From Bacteroidales bacterium (GTDB lineage Bacteria > Bacteroidota > Bacteroidia > Bacteroidales > WCHB1-69): a stretch of DNA of 64,000 nt. The position numbers and the translations under genes were made by a program. The stretch's first letter is position 1; each line of letters opens with the position of its first letter. The notes beneath the pieces were generated by a model, which saw nothing but the letters and a program-made list of their open reading frames with translations, was not told the DNA's origin and searched no databases. This document shows, in pieces, positions 27,633 through 36,496 of the stretch. Where the stretch lies: assembly GCA_045534635.1 (NCBI GenBank), contig JAZSKB010000019.1, positions 16,562-80,561 on the forward strand, written 5' to 3'.

Positions 27633-27744
27633 TTGCTATCGTTGAAAAAAAATACTCCCTATTATTAGTGATTTTTTCATCTATACATAATATTTTTTTA
27701 TGAATAATAAAACAATTTTTTTCGCAAAACATCGTTATAATATT

Positions 27745-28365
27745 ATGAAACAACATTTTTTATTATTTTTTATAAGTTATTTTTTCCTTATACATTTAGG
27801 ATTTACACAAAATCTTGACCAATCAAGAGTTGAACAAGCCGTAATTGCACATTTGAATTTATATCCAAAAGCAACATTACAAGATATTTACAAAAGTATG
27901 TTTCAGGCGGAATTTGGTGCTGAACATATTATTTCCGACACTGTGGCGGTAACAAAGTATTTAACATTTGAACTAAACAACAACGATTGCCAATCCGCTA
28001 TTTATTACGAACCTACCGGGATTGATAGTGCATTTTATAGAGTGCATTTATCTGTTATCAAAGATGGTTTTATTTCTATGAACGATTATCTAAATGCTTT
28101 TTTGAAAGGTGCAACAGAAATTTCTTTCAATCACATAGCACAATGGAAAGAAAAATGGACATTTATTGATAGTATCATTGAAACAATGAATCTCAATTTA
28201 ACTAATTATGAACAAGATAGAAAAAATATTGCTCAATTATTACAATCAGGGAAATACGCTATACATCATAGTACTATCTTTGCCAAAACATACCAACCGC
28301 ACTATCGTATAATCCGACGAGATATTTTTGAAAAAGAAATACTTCCTTTTTTACCTCAACAATAA
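27745..28365 (+). CDS. hypothetical secreted protein
   Basis: I set the start at MKQHFLLFFISYFFLIHLGFTQ (signal peptide). The ORF-track start at 27700 adds 15 non-signal residues. Confidence 0.5.
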   Translation: MKQHFLLFFISYFFLIHLGFTQNLDQSRVEQAVIAHLNLYPKATLQDIYKSMFQAEFGAEHIISDTVAVTKYLTFELNNNDCQSAIYYEPTGIDSAFYRVHLSVIKDGFISMNDYLNAFLKGATEISFNHIAQWKEKWTFIDSIIETMNLNLTNYEQDRKNIAQLLQSGKYAIHHSTIFAKTYQPHYRIIRRDIFEKEILPFLPQQ

Positions 28366-29100
28366 TCAACCAAGAATAAACACGGTTGGTTTTTTATGAA
28401 TGTCTATGTTTTTATACTTCTTCCACTGGGAAACAGATAGTGTTTTGATAGTTTGTGTTTCTAACGAAATATTTGTGGCTATACATAAAAGCGTGTCTGG
28501 TCGACAAGTATTCAACAATAAATCAAACAGTTGCACATTCCGATATGGGGCTTCTATAAATATTTGTGTTTGATGATATTTAATACTTATATTTTCCATA
28601 GCAACAATTTTTTCTTTAAGTTTATCTTTTTCTCGTGGCAAATATCCGTGAAATACAAAATTTTGCCCATTCATACCTGAAGCCATGAGTGCTAACATCA
28701 ACGAAGATGGCCCCACAAGTGGACATACTTCTATATTTTTTTCGTGAGCCAATGCTACCATAGCATGTCCGGGGTCGGCGACACAAGGCAATCCCGCCTC
28801 AGAAAGCAATCCAACATCATTTCCTTTCAATAGATACTGAATTACAGCATTATAATCAAAATTCTCAATAGTATGCTCATTCAATTCAACAAATATGGCT
28901 TCATCAATAGGAAATTGAGGGTCTATTTTGCGTAAAAAACGGCGTGCTGTACGAAGTTGTTCTACTACAAAAATACGCAATCCTCTGATTATTTCCGTAT
29001 TATATATAGGAATAACCTCCATAGGAGCATTCTCTCCTAAAGGAGTTGGAAGAAGAAACAACTTGCCTACAGCTGACATATTTATTATTTTTTTAACCAA
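28366..29100 (-). CDS. tetrapyrrole-methylase-fold SAM-dependent methyltransferase (RsmI/YraL-like)
   Basis: GKLFLLPTPLGE N-terminus, LLSEAGLPCVADPGHAMV and PLVGPSSLMLALMASG motifs. The start is either 29100 or 29079, and both overlap the sufC stop. Confidence 0.65.
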   Translation of the reverse strand: MVKKIINMSAVGKLFLLPTPLGENAPMEVIPIYNTEIIRGLRIFVVEQLRTARRFLRKIDPQFPIDEAIFVELNEHTIENFDYNAVIQYLLKGNDVGLLSEAGLPCVADPGHAMVALAHEKNIEVCPLVGPSSLMLALMASGMNGQNFVFHGYLPREKDKLKEKIVAMENISIKYHQTQIFIEAPYRNVQLFDLLLNTCRPDTLLCIATNISLETQTIKTLSVSQWKKYKNIDIHKKPTVFILG

Positions 29101-29834
29101 TCGTAACCTTCTTGTTCTAATTTCAAAGCAAGAGTTTTATCTCCTGTCATTGCAATTTTTCCTTCATAAAGAATATGAACAAAATCGGGAACAATATAAT
29201 CTAATAAACGTTGATAATGCGTTATTACAATTGTTGCATTCTCTGAAGACTTCAACTGATTGACACCTCCGGCTACTACTTTCAAAGCATCTATATCCAA
29301 ACCTGAATCGGTCTCATCTAAGATTGACAATTCTGGGTCTAACATTGCCATTTGGAAAATTTCATTACGTTTTTTTTCTCCTCCTGAAAAGCCTTCATTA
29401 ACAGAACGATTTGATAATTTTGCCGTTAAATCAACCACTTTCTTTTTTTCTTCCATTCTGGCTAAAAATTCTGGAGCAGACAATGGGGGCAAACCTTTAT
29501 ATGTACGAATTTCATTGAGGGCTGTTTTCATAAAGTTTGTCATACTCACTCCCTTTATTTCAACTGGATATTGAAATCCTAAAAAAATACCTTCTCTTGC
29601 TCGGTCTTCTATTGACATTGCAAACAAATCTTTGCCTTTGTACAATATTTCTCCTTGGGTTACTTTATAGATTTCTTTACCTGCTATTACTGATGCCAAA
29701 GTACTTTTTCCATTACCATTCGGACCCATTAAGGCGTGTACTTCTCCTTTATTTATACACAAATTGACACCTTTAAGAATTTCTTTACCTTCTATACTTA
29801 CATGTAAATCTCTGATTTCCAGCAATGATTCCAT
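29085..29834 (-). CDS. sufC: Fe-S cluster assembly ATPase
   Basis: 249 aa with Walker A GPNGNGKST, the signature FSGGEKKRNEI and Walker B LSILDETDSGLD. The C-terminus is typical of SufC. Confidence 0.85.
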   Translation of the reverse strand: MESLLEIRDLHVSIEGKEILKGVNLCINKGEVHALMGPNGNGKSTLASVIAGKEIYKVTQGEILYKGKDLFAMSIEDRAREGIFLGFQYPVEIKGVSMTNFMKTALNEIRTYKGLPPLSAPEFLARMEEKKKVVDLTAKLSNRSVNEGFSGGEKKRNEIFQMAMLDPELSILDETDSGLDIDALKVVAGGVNQLKSSENATIVITHYQRLLDYIVPDFVHILYEGKIAMTGDKTLALKLEQEGYDWLKK

Positions 29835-29870
29835 TCTTTTACAATTTATTTCTTTCTTGACTTATGCCTG

Positions 29871-29878
29871 CAAAGATA
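29871..29878 (-). promoter_or_regulatory. Bacteroidota -7 promoter element (TATCTTTG) for sufC
   Basis: 36 nt upstream of the sufC ATG. It forms part of a perfect 20-nt inverted repeat with 29932-29951. Confidence 0.5.
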
Positions 29879-29941
29879 ACATTTTTTAGTTTATCAAATC
29901 TTTAATCTTCGTTTATAGCATCTCCAAATTGTAAAAAATGT

Positions 29942-29949
29942 TATCTTTG
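29942..29949 (+). promoter_or_regulatory. Bacteroidota -7 promoter element (TATCTTTG)
   Basis: 13 nt upstream of the ATG at 29963. Confidence 0.45.
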
Positions 29950-29962
29950 CAAAAAAAATTAA

Positions 29963-30739
29963 ATGGTCAATCATCAATCAAAAAAATATCCGAAAAAAAT
30001 TCCAACCAATGCTTTGGGGATTAAATTGCCAACGCTTACAAAATTGGAGCAACCAACAATTACTCCTTCTCAAACTTTTTTAGTATTGGTTAATACTACA
30101 ATTAAAGGCATTGATTTTTTTAATTTTTTACATATTCAAACTTGTTATCTTTTTGCTTACCATACACTTAAGCATGAAAATAAGACAATCTTTGATACAT
30201 TTACTATACGTGAATGCAAAGACAAATATTCTAAATCTACATTTTTCTGTTTTAACAATCACAATTCAAGCAATCAAACTCTGATTGGTTATGACAATTG
30301 CCTTTTGAAAATTAACCGCAAAGCAACTACTAAAAAACACAAAGGAAACATATTGCCCAATCAATTATCGCTCAATTTTGACACTGATTTTGAAGAACAA
30401 ATTATTGATAACGATTACGAAGAAGTTCAATGGAATAACTTTTTACAAAAAATGCAATCAAAATCAACTTTATTACAAGAATTTGATTTCGTTTTTCATT
30501 TTTCGTACAATAATTATATTTGCCTAAAACCTTTTTTTCTGTTTTTTTTAACAGAAAAAAATCTAAAATACCAATTACTACCTATTGAACATTTAGAGAA
30601 AAACGCTACTTCAGAATTTTATTCCAATTTTGCATATTTAGAAGACAATGTTCAAAATTATAAAAATCCTAATTTAAAAGTCTTGGAAAAAATTAAAACA
30701 CAAATTGAACAATCTCAAAAAAATAAAAATATATTGTAA
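29963..30739 (+). CDS. hypothetical protein
   Basis: 258-aa ORF with its own promoter motif. No signal peptide or domain recognised. Asn/Lys-rich. Confidence 0.4.
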   Translation: MVNHQSKKYPKKIPTNALGIKLPTLTKLEQPTITPSQTFLVLVNTTIKGIDFFNFLHIQTCYLFAYHTLKHENKTIFDTFTIRECKDKYSKSTFFCFNNHNSSNQTLIGYDNCLLKINRKATTKKHKGNILPNQLSLNFDTDFEEQIIDNDYEEVQWNNFLQKMQSKSTLLQEFDFVFHFSYNNYICLKPFFLFFLTEKNLKYQLLPIEHLEKNATSEFYSNFAYLEDNVQNYKNPNLKVLEKIKTQIEQSQKNKNIL

Positions 30740-30779
30740 CATTTCCGTTCTGCTGGATTTGTAATCCAAATGAACAAGG

Positions 30780-30813
30780 TTTCAGGTGTCTTCGACAGGC
30801 TCAGACACCGAAA
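30780..30813. repeat. hairpin repeat copy A (loop TTCGACAGGCTCA)
   Basis: TTTCaGGTGTC-TTCGACAGGCTCA-GACACCGAAA. Confidence 0.75.
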
Positions 30814-30817
30814 GAAA

Positions 30818-30840
30818 ATCCCCGCAATTTGCGGGGATTG
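30818..30840 (-). terminator. intrinsic terminator of the LRR/T9SS gene
   Basis: AATCCCCGC-AATTT-GCGGGGATT. On the minus strand it is followed by UUUUCUUU. Confidence 0.65.
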
Positions 30841-30877
30841 TGCAAATAAAAATCAAAATTTTATGAAAAAAATATAA

Positions 30878-31750
30878 TTACTCTTTGACAAACTTGGTAG
30901 TATAATTGCCTATTTTTACAAAATACATTCCTTTTGACAAGTTGGAAACATTGATTTGTAACAAGTTTGTTTCTTTATTTTCTACATTGATAAGCAAACG
31001 TCCAGCAATATCAAATATTTGAACATCTTCTGTAGCATTTTCTATTGTAAGCATTGTTTTGGCTGGGTTGGGATACAAGTGAACAGCATTATTTACATCG
31101 CTAACGTCTTCTATTCCTGTGGTTTCTTTAGTAAAATACGCTATTAAGATTGTATCACTTAACACTTGAATAGTTCGGGGATTTTGCGTATTTTCATCAC
31201 TCCATTGTGTAAAATGATAACCATCATTAGCAGTTGCGGAAATTGTCCATGTATAATAGATGCAAGTTGGTGTGGTTGTACTTGCCACATTTCCCATTGT
31301 TGTATCTTGTGAATATACTGTATATTTATATGAAAATTGTTCTATCTTATTTGAAAAACCAGAAAGCCCAGGTTGGCTACTATACCAAGAAGAACTACCA
31401 CATGGAATATATATTGGTATGGAAGTTAAAACTTTTTCAAATGTAGAACTACTTTCTACAGAAGTATTAGACCCAAGAAATGTTACGGAAGTTAAGCCGC
31501 TACATTTATAAAACGCATAATTCCATATACTTGTTACGGAATAAGTTCTATTATTATACAATACCGTAGCAGGGATTGTTATATTTCCTGAATAAGAGTT
31601 AGAGTTACCTTTATTCGTAACTGCTACCGTAGTATCACTTGTAATATCGTAATACAAACCACCACTTTCAAAATTATAAGCCCAAACATTGTGAGCAAAC
31701 AACAACAAAATAGTTGCTAAAGTTAATTTTTTAATCTGCTTTTTTACCAT
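30878..31750 (-). CDS. secreted leucine-rich-repeat / InlB-B-repeat-like protein with T9SS C-terminal sorting domain
   Basis: Signal peptide. BspA-type LRR segment (ITIPATVLYNNRTYSVTSIWNYAFYKCSGLTSVTF), a repeat like GYHFTQWSD, and a T9SS CTD (VHLYPNPAKTMLTIE...LSKGMYFVKIGNYTTKFVKE). Confidence 0.7.
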   Translation of the reverse strand: MVKKQIKKLTLATILLLFAHNVWAYNFESGGLYYDITSDTTVAVTNKGNSNSYSGNITIPATVLYNNRTYSVTSIWNYAFYKCSGLTSVTFLGSNTSVESSSTFEKVLTSIPIYIPCGSSSWYSSQPGLSGFSNKIEQFSYKYTVYSQDTTMGNVASTTTPTCIYYTWTISATANDGYHFTQWSDENTQNPRTIQVLSDTILIAYFTKETTGIEDVSDVNNAVHLYPNPAKTMLTIENATEDVQIFDIAGRLLINVENKETNLLQINVSNLSKGMYFVKIGNYTTKFVKE

Positions 31751-31878
31751 ATATTTTTTTTATTTTATAAATATTTATTAAAATTTTTCAAAAAAAAATG
31801 CAAATAACCCGCACAGCGGTCATCTGCATTTTTAACTCTATTAACAGTCTATAAAAATAAACTGCTCATTTCAATTTG

Positions 31879-31976
31879 CAAAGATACATTTTTTTTTAAT
31901 ATAAATTTATTTTTTTTTAGAAAATTTTTTTAGTCACTATTTTTTCGGTGTCTGAGCCTGCCGAAGACACCGAAAA
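31879..31976. repeat. direct repeat, left copy (promoter + AT tract + hairpin repeat copy B)
   Basis: caaagatacatttttttttaatataaatttatttttttttagaaaattttttt-agtcactattttttcggtgtc... aligns with 33089-33187 at roughly 90 percent identity by eye outside the loop. Confidence 0.7.
31941..31976. repeat. hairpin repeat copy B (loop inverted: TGAGCCTGCCGAA)
   Basis: TTTTTCGGTGTC-TGAGCCTGCCGAA-GACACCGAAAA. The loop is the reverse complement of the loop in the other copies, with 1 mismatch. Confidence 0.75.
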
Positions 31977-32014
31977 TTATACAAATTGGCAATACGGAAA
32001 AGTTATTATTAATA

Positions 32015-32035
32015 TGCAGGATTATAAATCCTGCA
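32015..32035 (-). terminator. hairpin downstream of the Abi gene
   Basis: TGCAGGATT-ATA-AATCCTGCA, a 9-bp stem 33 nt after the Abi stop. The U-tract is weak. Confidence 0.4.
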
Positions 32036-32067
32036 ACTTTCATTTCATTGATAATCAAAATAAATAT

Positions 32068-33009
32068 CTATTCTCTACTTTCAGATTGCCAGATAGGAAA
32101 ATCTTCCCAATTTGATGGAAAGCCCATTTCTTTTATAGATAATAATTTATGATTTTCGCACAGAATGGATTTCAAATTCTTTTTAAAAGAATTGCCAGGA
32201 CTAATAATATCAACAATGTACTTTATCGCAGAAAGCAAAGCAAAGATTTTATTTGGTTTTATTTTTTCTATATCATCACGCGAAATAAAATTTCTCTCTG
32301 TATTGTATGGAAGTTTAAGATTTACCACAAAACGCCTGTTCCAAATACGACTATGATGAGCACAGCAGTTTCGTAAATTAGAAAAAGCATGTAACCAATT
32401 TGAAAAAATATCTTCTTTATTAATGCCAAATGCTTTTGCAATTTGTTTCTTTTCAAAACTTTTGTTAAGAGATTTATACATTCTACTTAATGTTCCAAAA
32501 GAAACCACCTCTAACGACATCCATGATGGAGGCATCTCTGGAGTGTCATATTTGTTTTTGTAATGCTTGATGAAATCCTCGTTACTACGTTCCACATCAT
32601 CTTTAATATCTCCTATAAGTTTTAAATAATTCTCTCTGTTTATCTTGGTGTACCATTTTTCATCTATATACCAAAAAGCATCATTTAGTTGTACGGAATA
32701 CACTAATGATAATTGTGTGCGAACAGCTATTTCAATCTTTTCTAATTCGTTGAAAACTAAATTTCTCAAACGACGGTCAAAAATATATAAATCGATAATG
32801 TCACCAAAATCAATATCATCTCGGAAAAATTTGTGGTCAGCAGAAGGGTCTGTATTATTTTGAAATGGGAATGTAAACGCCCGCAAACGATAGTAACTAA
32901 TATTCTGTAAATAACAATGAGCTTGCTTTTTTTCGCTAAATTTTAATCCTCTTTGTTCAAGTCGTTCGATTTGTTCTTCTATAGTAAGTGGTCTTTTTGT
33001 ATATTCCAT
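32068..33009 (-). CDS. Abi_2 family (AbiD/AbiF-like) abortive infection protein
   Basis: 313 aa. N-terminus TIEEQIERLEQRGL, YYRLRAFTFPF, and the family-typical LRNCCAHHSRIWNRRF motif (HEPN-like R-x4-H region). Confidence 0.8.
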   Translation of the reverse strand: MEYTKRPLTIEEQIERLEQRGLKFSEKKQAHCYLQNISYYRLRAFTFPFQNNTDPSADHKFFRDDIDFGDIIDLYIFDRRLRNLVFNELEKIEIAVRTQLSLVYSVQLNDAFWYIDEKWYTKINRENYLKLIGDIKDDVERSNEDFIKHYKNKYDTPEMPPSWMSLEVVSFGTLSRMYKSLNKSFEKKQIAKAFGINKEDIFSNWLHAFSNLRNCCAHHSRIWNRRFVVNLKLPYNTERNFISRDDIEKIKPNKIFALLSAIKYIVDIISPGNSFKKNLKSILCENHKLLSIKEMGFPSNWEDFPIWQSESRE

Positions 33010-33036
33010 AAATCTCTATTCTCTATAAAACTCGAA

Positions 33037-33078
33037 GACTTCCCTAGTGCGCTGAACTAACGAGAAGCGAGGGAAGTC
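33037..33078 (-). promoter_or_regulatory. GC-rich hairpin in the Abi 5' leader
   Basis: GACTTCCCT (33037-33045) pairs with AGGGAAGTC (33070-33078). There is also an inner CGCT/AGCG pairing. The hairpin lies between the promoter motif and the ATG. Confidence 0.4.
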
Positions 33079-33088
33079 ATATTGCTTA

Positions 33089-33096
33089 CAAAGGTA
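33089..33096 (-). promoter_or_regulatory. Bacteroidota -7 promoter element (TACCTTTG) for the Abi gene
   Basis: 79 nt upstream of the Abi ATG. The 27-nt context caaaggtacaattttttttaatacaaa is identical to the rpsT promoter region at 57291-57317. Confidence 0.5.
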
Positions 33097-33150
33097 CAAT
33101 TTTTTTTAATACAAATTTATTTTTTTAGAAATTTTTTTTAAAGTCACTAT

Positions 33151-33187
33151 TTTTTCGGTGTCTTCGACAGGCTCAGACACCGAAAAA
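33151..33187. repeat. hairpin repeat copy C
   Basis: TTTTTCGGTGTC-TTCGACAGGCTCA-GACACCGAAAAA, a 12-bp stem flanked by a T-run and an A-run. Confidence 0.8.
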
Positions 33188-33199
33188 AAACACATGAAT

Positions 33200-33230
33200 T
33201 TCGGAGGTTTCGACAGGCTCAACCTCCGAA
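33200..33230. repeat. hairpin repeat copy D (same loop, different stem)
   Basis: TTCGGAGGT-TTCGACAGGCTCA-ACCTCCGAA. The 13-nt loop is identical and the stem differs by compensatory changes. Confidence 0.75.
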
Positions 33231-33290
33231 GATAAAAAAAATAAAAAAGCAACAACGTTTCCGATGTTGTTGCTTTTATTCAAACTGTAT

Positions 33291-36071
33291 TTATATTACA
33301 ATATTGACAATTTTTTTCGGTACAATAATTATTTTTTTCGGAGTTTTTCCCTCTATCCATTTTTGTGCTTCAGGCGTAGCCAAAACCGTTTTTTCTATAT
33401 CTGCATTATTCATATCTATCGGCAATTCTAACATAAAACGAGTTTTTCCATTAAAAGATATAGGGTAATTGAATGTATTTTCTATCAAATATTTTTCTTC
33501 AACTTCTGGAAAAATTGCATAATTAATAGTGGAATTGTTTCCCATTAAATGCCATAATTCTTCGCAAATATGTGGAGCGAAAGGAGCTAAAATAATAGTC
33601 AAAGGCTCTAAAATTTCTCGTTTATTACATTTTAAATCAGCAAGTTCATTTACACAAATCATAAAAGCACTTACAGAAGTATTGTAAGATAATTTTTCAA
33701 TATCTTCTTGAACTTTTTTAATTGTTTTGTGCAAAACTTTTAATTCTTGAGCGGTTGCTTTTTCTTGACTAATCACAAATTCAAATTGAGCATTATGAAA
33801 CAATCTCCAAAATTTGTGCATAAAACGAAATACCCCTTCTATTCCTTTTGTATCCCATGGTTTTGATTGTTCTAATGGACCCAAAAACATTTCATACATT
33901 CTCAAAGTATCGGCTCCATATTTTTCTACCAAATCATCAGGATTTTGAACATTGTACATTGATTTTGACATCTTTTCGATTTCATAACCACAAATATACT
34001 TTCCATCTTCCAAAATAAATTCAGCATTTGCAAAATGAGGTTGCCAATTTTTAAATGCCTCTATGTCCAATACATCATTGTTTACAATATTTATATCCAC
34101 ATGAATAGGGTCAGTTTCATAATTGTTTTTAAGATGTAATGAAACAAAAGTATTCGTACCTTTTATTCTATAGACAAAATTAGAACGCCCTTGAATCATT
34201 CCTTGATTGACCAATTTTTGGAAAGGTTCATCTTTGACAACTAAACCTAAATCAAACAAAAATTTATTCCACATTCTTGAATAAAGCAAATGTCCTGTTG
34301 CATGCTCCGAACCTCCAATATATAAATCAACATTCTTCCAATAATTATTTGCTTCTTTATCAATATATTGTGTATCACAATTTGGAGACATATATCTCAA
34401 ATAATACGCATTAGAACCAGCAAAACCGGGCATTGTATTAAAATCTAATTGAAAGCCATTGTATGTCCAATTTTTAGCCCGAGCCAATGGAGGTTCTCCG
34501 CTTTCTGTTGGCAAATATTTATCAATTTCAGGCAAAAGTAATGGCAAATCTTTTTCATCGACAGCACAAGCCATACCCTCACGAAAATAAATTGGAAATG
34601 GTTCTCCCCAATATCGTTGACGACTAAAAATAGCATCACGTAATCTATAATTTATTTTTCGCTTTCCTATTTGTAATTCTTCTACCTTGCATATTACTTT
34701 TTCTATTGCTTCTTTTACTTGCAATCCATCAATAAAATCCGAATTGATACAATAACCTTCCTTGGAATCTTTACTTTCTTTCCAATTTGCAGTTTCCTCT
34801 GGTTGTTCTCCATTAGGAACAACAACCTGTACTATTGGCAAATTAAAATGACGAGCAAAAGCAAAATCTCTACTATCGTGTGCAGGAACAGCCATAACAG
34901 CCCCTGTTCCATATCCTGCTAATACATAATCGGACACCCATATCGGAATTTGCTTCCCATTAAACGGATTTATTGCATAAGCACCTGTAAATACACCACT
35001 TACAGATTTTACTTCTGCTTGACGTTCTCTTTCTGAACGATTTTTTGCCCATTGAACATATTCTTCTACAGCCGATTTTTGTGCTGATGTTGTAATTTGT
35101 TCTATCAATTCATGTTCTGGACATAAAACCATAAAACTAACACCAAAAATAGTATCTGGACGAGTTGTAAATATTTCTAAAGAAGTTTGAGAATTTAGCA
35201 ATGAAAAATGTATTGAAGCCCCTTGCGAACGTCCTATCCAATTTCGTTGAATTTCTTTCAAAGAATCCGACCATTCTATGGTATCCAATCCGTCTAACAA
35301 ACGTTGGGCATAGGCTGTAATACGCAACGACCATTGTTGCATCAATTTTCTTTCTACTGGATAACCTCCTCTTACAGAAACACCATTAATAACTTCATCG
35401 TTAGCCAATACCGTTCCCAACTTAGGACACCAATTTACCATTGCATAAGATAAATATGCCAATCGATAATTCATGAGTATATCATGTTGTTCCTTTTCTG
35501 ATTTAGATTGCCACTCTTGAGCTGAAAAAGTCATCGGTGTAGTACATGCAACATTCAGACCCTCTGTTCCTTGATTTGCAAACGTTGCAATCAATTCTCT
35601 AATTGGACGTGCTTTATTGGAAGTATAACAATAATAAGAATTAAACAACTGAATAAAAGCCCATTGTGTCCACTTATAATAAGAAGAATCACAAGTACGA
35701 ACTTCTCTATCCCAATCAAAAGACAACCCCAATTTGTCTAATTGTTCACGATAACGTTTTATATTGGTTTCTGTCGTTACAGCAGGGTGCATTCCCGTTT
35801 GAATAGCATATTGTTCTGCTGGCAATCCGTAGGCATCAAAACCCATAGGGTGCAATACATTAAAGCCTTTCAATCGTTTATATCGTGCATAAATATCTCC
35901 GGCTATATATCCTAAAGGGTGTCCAACATGAAGTCCCGCACCAGAAGGATATGGGAACATACTTAATACATAAAATTTTTCTTTATTCGATTGATTTGGA
36001 GCACAATATACTTTTTCTTTTTCCCATTGTAACTGCCATTTTTTCTCTATTTCTCTAAAATTATATTCCAT
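33291..36071 (-). CDS. leuS: leucyl-tRNA synthetase
   Basis: 926 aa with the HVGH (HIGH-type) motif and the KMSKS motif (EKMSKSMYN). Confidence 0.95.
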   Translation of the reverse strand: MEYNFREIEKKWQLQWEKEKVYCAPNQSNKEKFYVLSMFPYPSGAGLHVGHPLGYIAGDIYARYKRLKGFNVLHPMGFDAYGLPAEQYAIQTGMHPAVTTETNIKRYREQLDKLGLSFDWDREVRTCDSSYYKWTQWAFIQLFNSYYCYTSNKARPIRELIATFANQGTEGLNVACTTPMTFSAQEWQSKSEKEQHDILMNYRLAYLSYAMVNWCPKLGTVLANDEVINGVSVRGGYPVERKLMQQWSLRITAYAQRLLDGLDTIEWSDSLKEIQRNWIGRSQGASIHFSLLNSQTSLEIFTTRPDTIFGVSFMVLCPEHELIEQITTSAQKSAVEEYVQWAKNRSERERQAEVKSVSGVFTGAYAINPFNGKQIPIWVSDYVLAGYGTGAVMAVPAHDSRDFAFARHFNLPIVQVVVPNGEQPEETANWKESKDSKEGYCINSDFIDGLQVKEAIEKVICKVEELQIGKRKINYRLRDAIFSRQRYWGEPFPIYFREGMACAVDEKDLPLLLPEIDKYLPTESGEPPLARAKNWTYNGFQLDFNTMPGFAGSNAYYLRYMSPNCDTQYIDKEANNYWKNVDLYIGGSEHATGHLLYSRMWNKFLFDLGLVVKDEPFQKLVNQGMIQGRSNFVYRIKGTNTFVSLHLKNNYETDPIHVDINIVNNDVLDIEAFKNWQPHFANAEFILEDGKYICGYEIEKMSKSMYNVQNPDDLVEKYGADTLRMYEMFLGPLEQSKPWDTKGIEGVFRFMHKFWRLFHNAQFEFVISQEKATAQELKVLHKTIKKVQEDIEKLSYNTSVSAFMICVNELADLKCNKREILEPLTIILAPFAPHICEELWHLMGNNSTINYAIFPEVEEKYLIENTFNYPISFNGKTRFMLELPIDMNNADIEKTVLATPEAQKWIEGKTPKKIIIVPKKIVNIVI

Positions 36072-36079
36072 ATTCTCAA

Positions 36080-36496
36080 TTATTCTTGTTCGAGTTCTAT
36101 AATCACATTTTTATATTCATCTAACAATTGCAATGTTTGTTTTTTTATTTGCCATTGTTTTACTTTATGTAAAGTCTGCATAAACAATTGTTCTATTTCT
36201 TGTGCCTCATGACAATACATTTTTGTAGAAAGCATACGGTCAAACACAATAGATTCTTTATCAATAGTATAAGCACCATTAATACGATTGCACGCAGAAT
36301 AACCTATCAAAGTTCCATCTGAAAATTGCAAATAAGGCATACTTTCTTTGGCAATTTTTACCTTTTCTCCATTTATTGTTTTCACTATCCATTTTGTATC
36401 GAACAATGACGTTTTGGAGTTAGTTTCAACTGATTTTACTGATGAACAACAACAAGTCAGCATCAGCACAAAAAACAATAAACTATTTGTTTTCAT
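36080..36496 (-). CDS. META domain (HslJ-like) lipoprotein
   Basis: Signal peptide with Cys, then [13 protein letters not shown]...[13 protein letters not shown]. Confidence 0.6.
   Translation of the reverse strand: MKTNSLLFFVLMLTCCCSSVKSVETNSKTSLFDTKWIVKTINGEKVKIAKESMPYLQFSDGTLIGYSACNRINGAYTIDKESIVFDRMLSTKMYCHEAQEIEQLFMQTLHKVKQWQIKKQTLQLLDEYKNVIIELEQE

Larger units (their letters stand above)
33089..33187. repeat. direct repeat, right copy (promoter + AT tract + hairpin repeat copy C)
   Basis: Partner of 31879-31976. Confidence 0.7.

Noticed and set aside
27600-27700. Looked for a riboswitch (cobalamin or TPP type) upstream of the TonB-dependent receptor
   Set aside because: The leader is about 25 nt, and no conserved riboswitch core sequences were seen.
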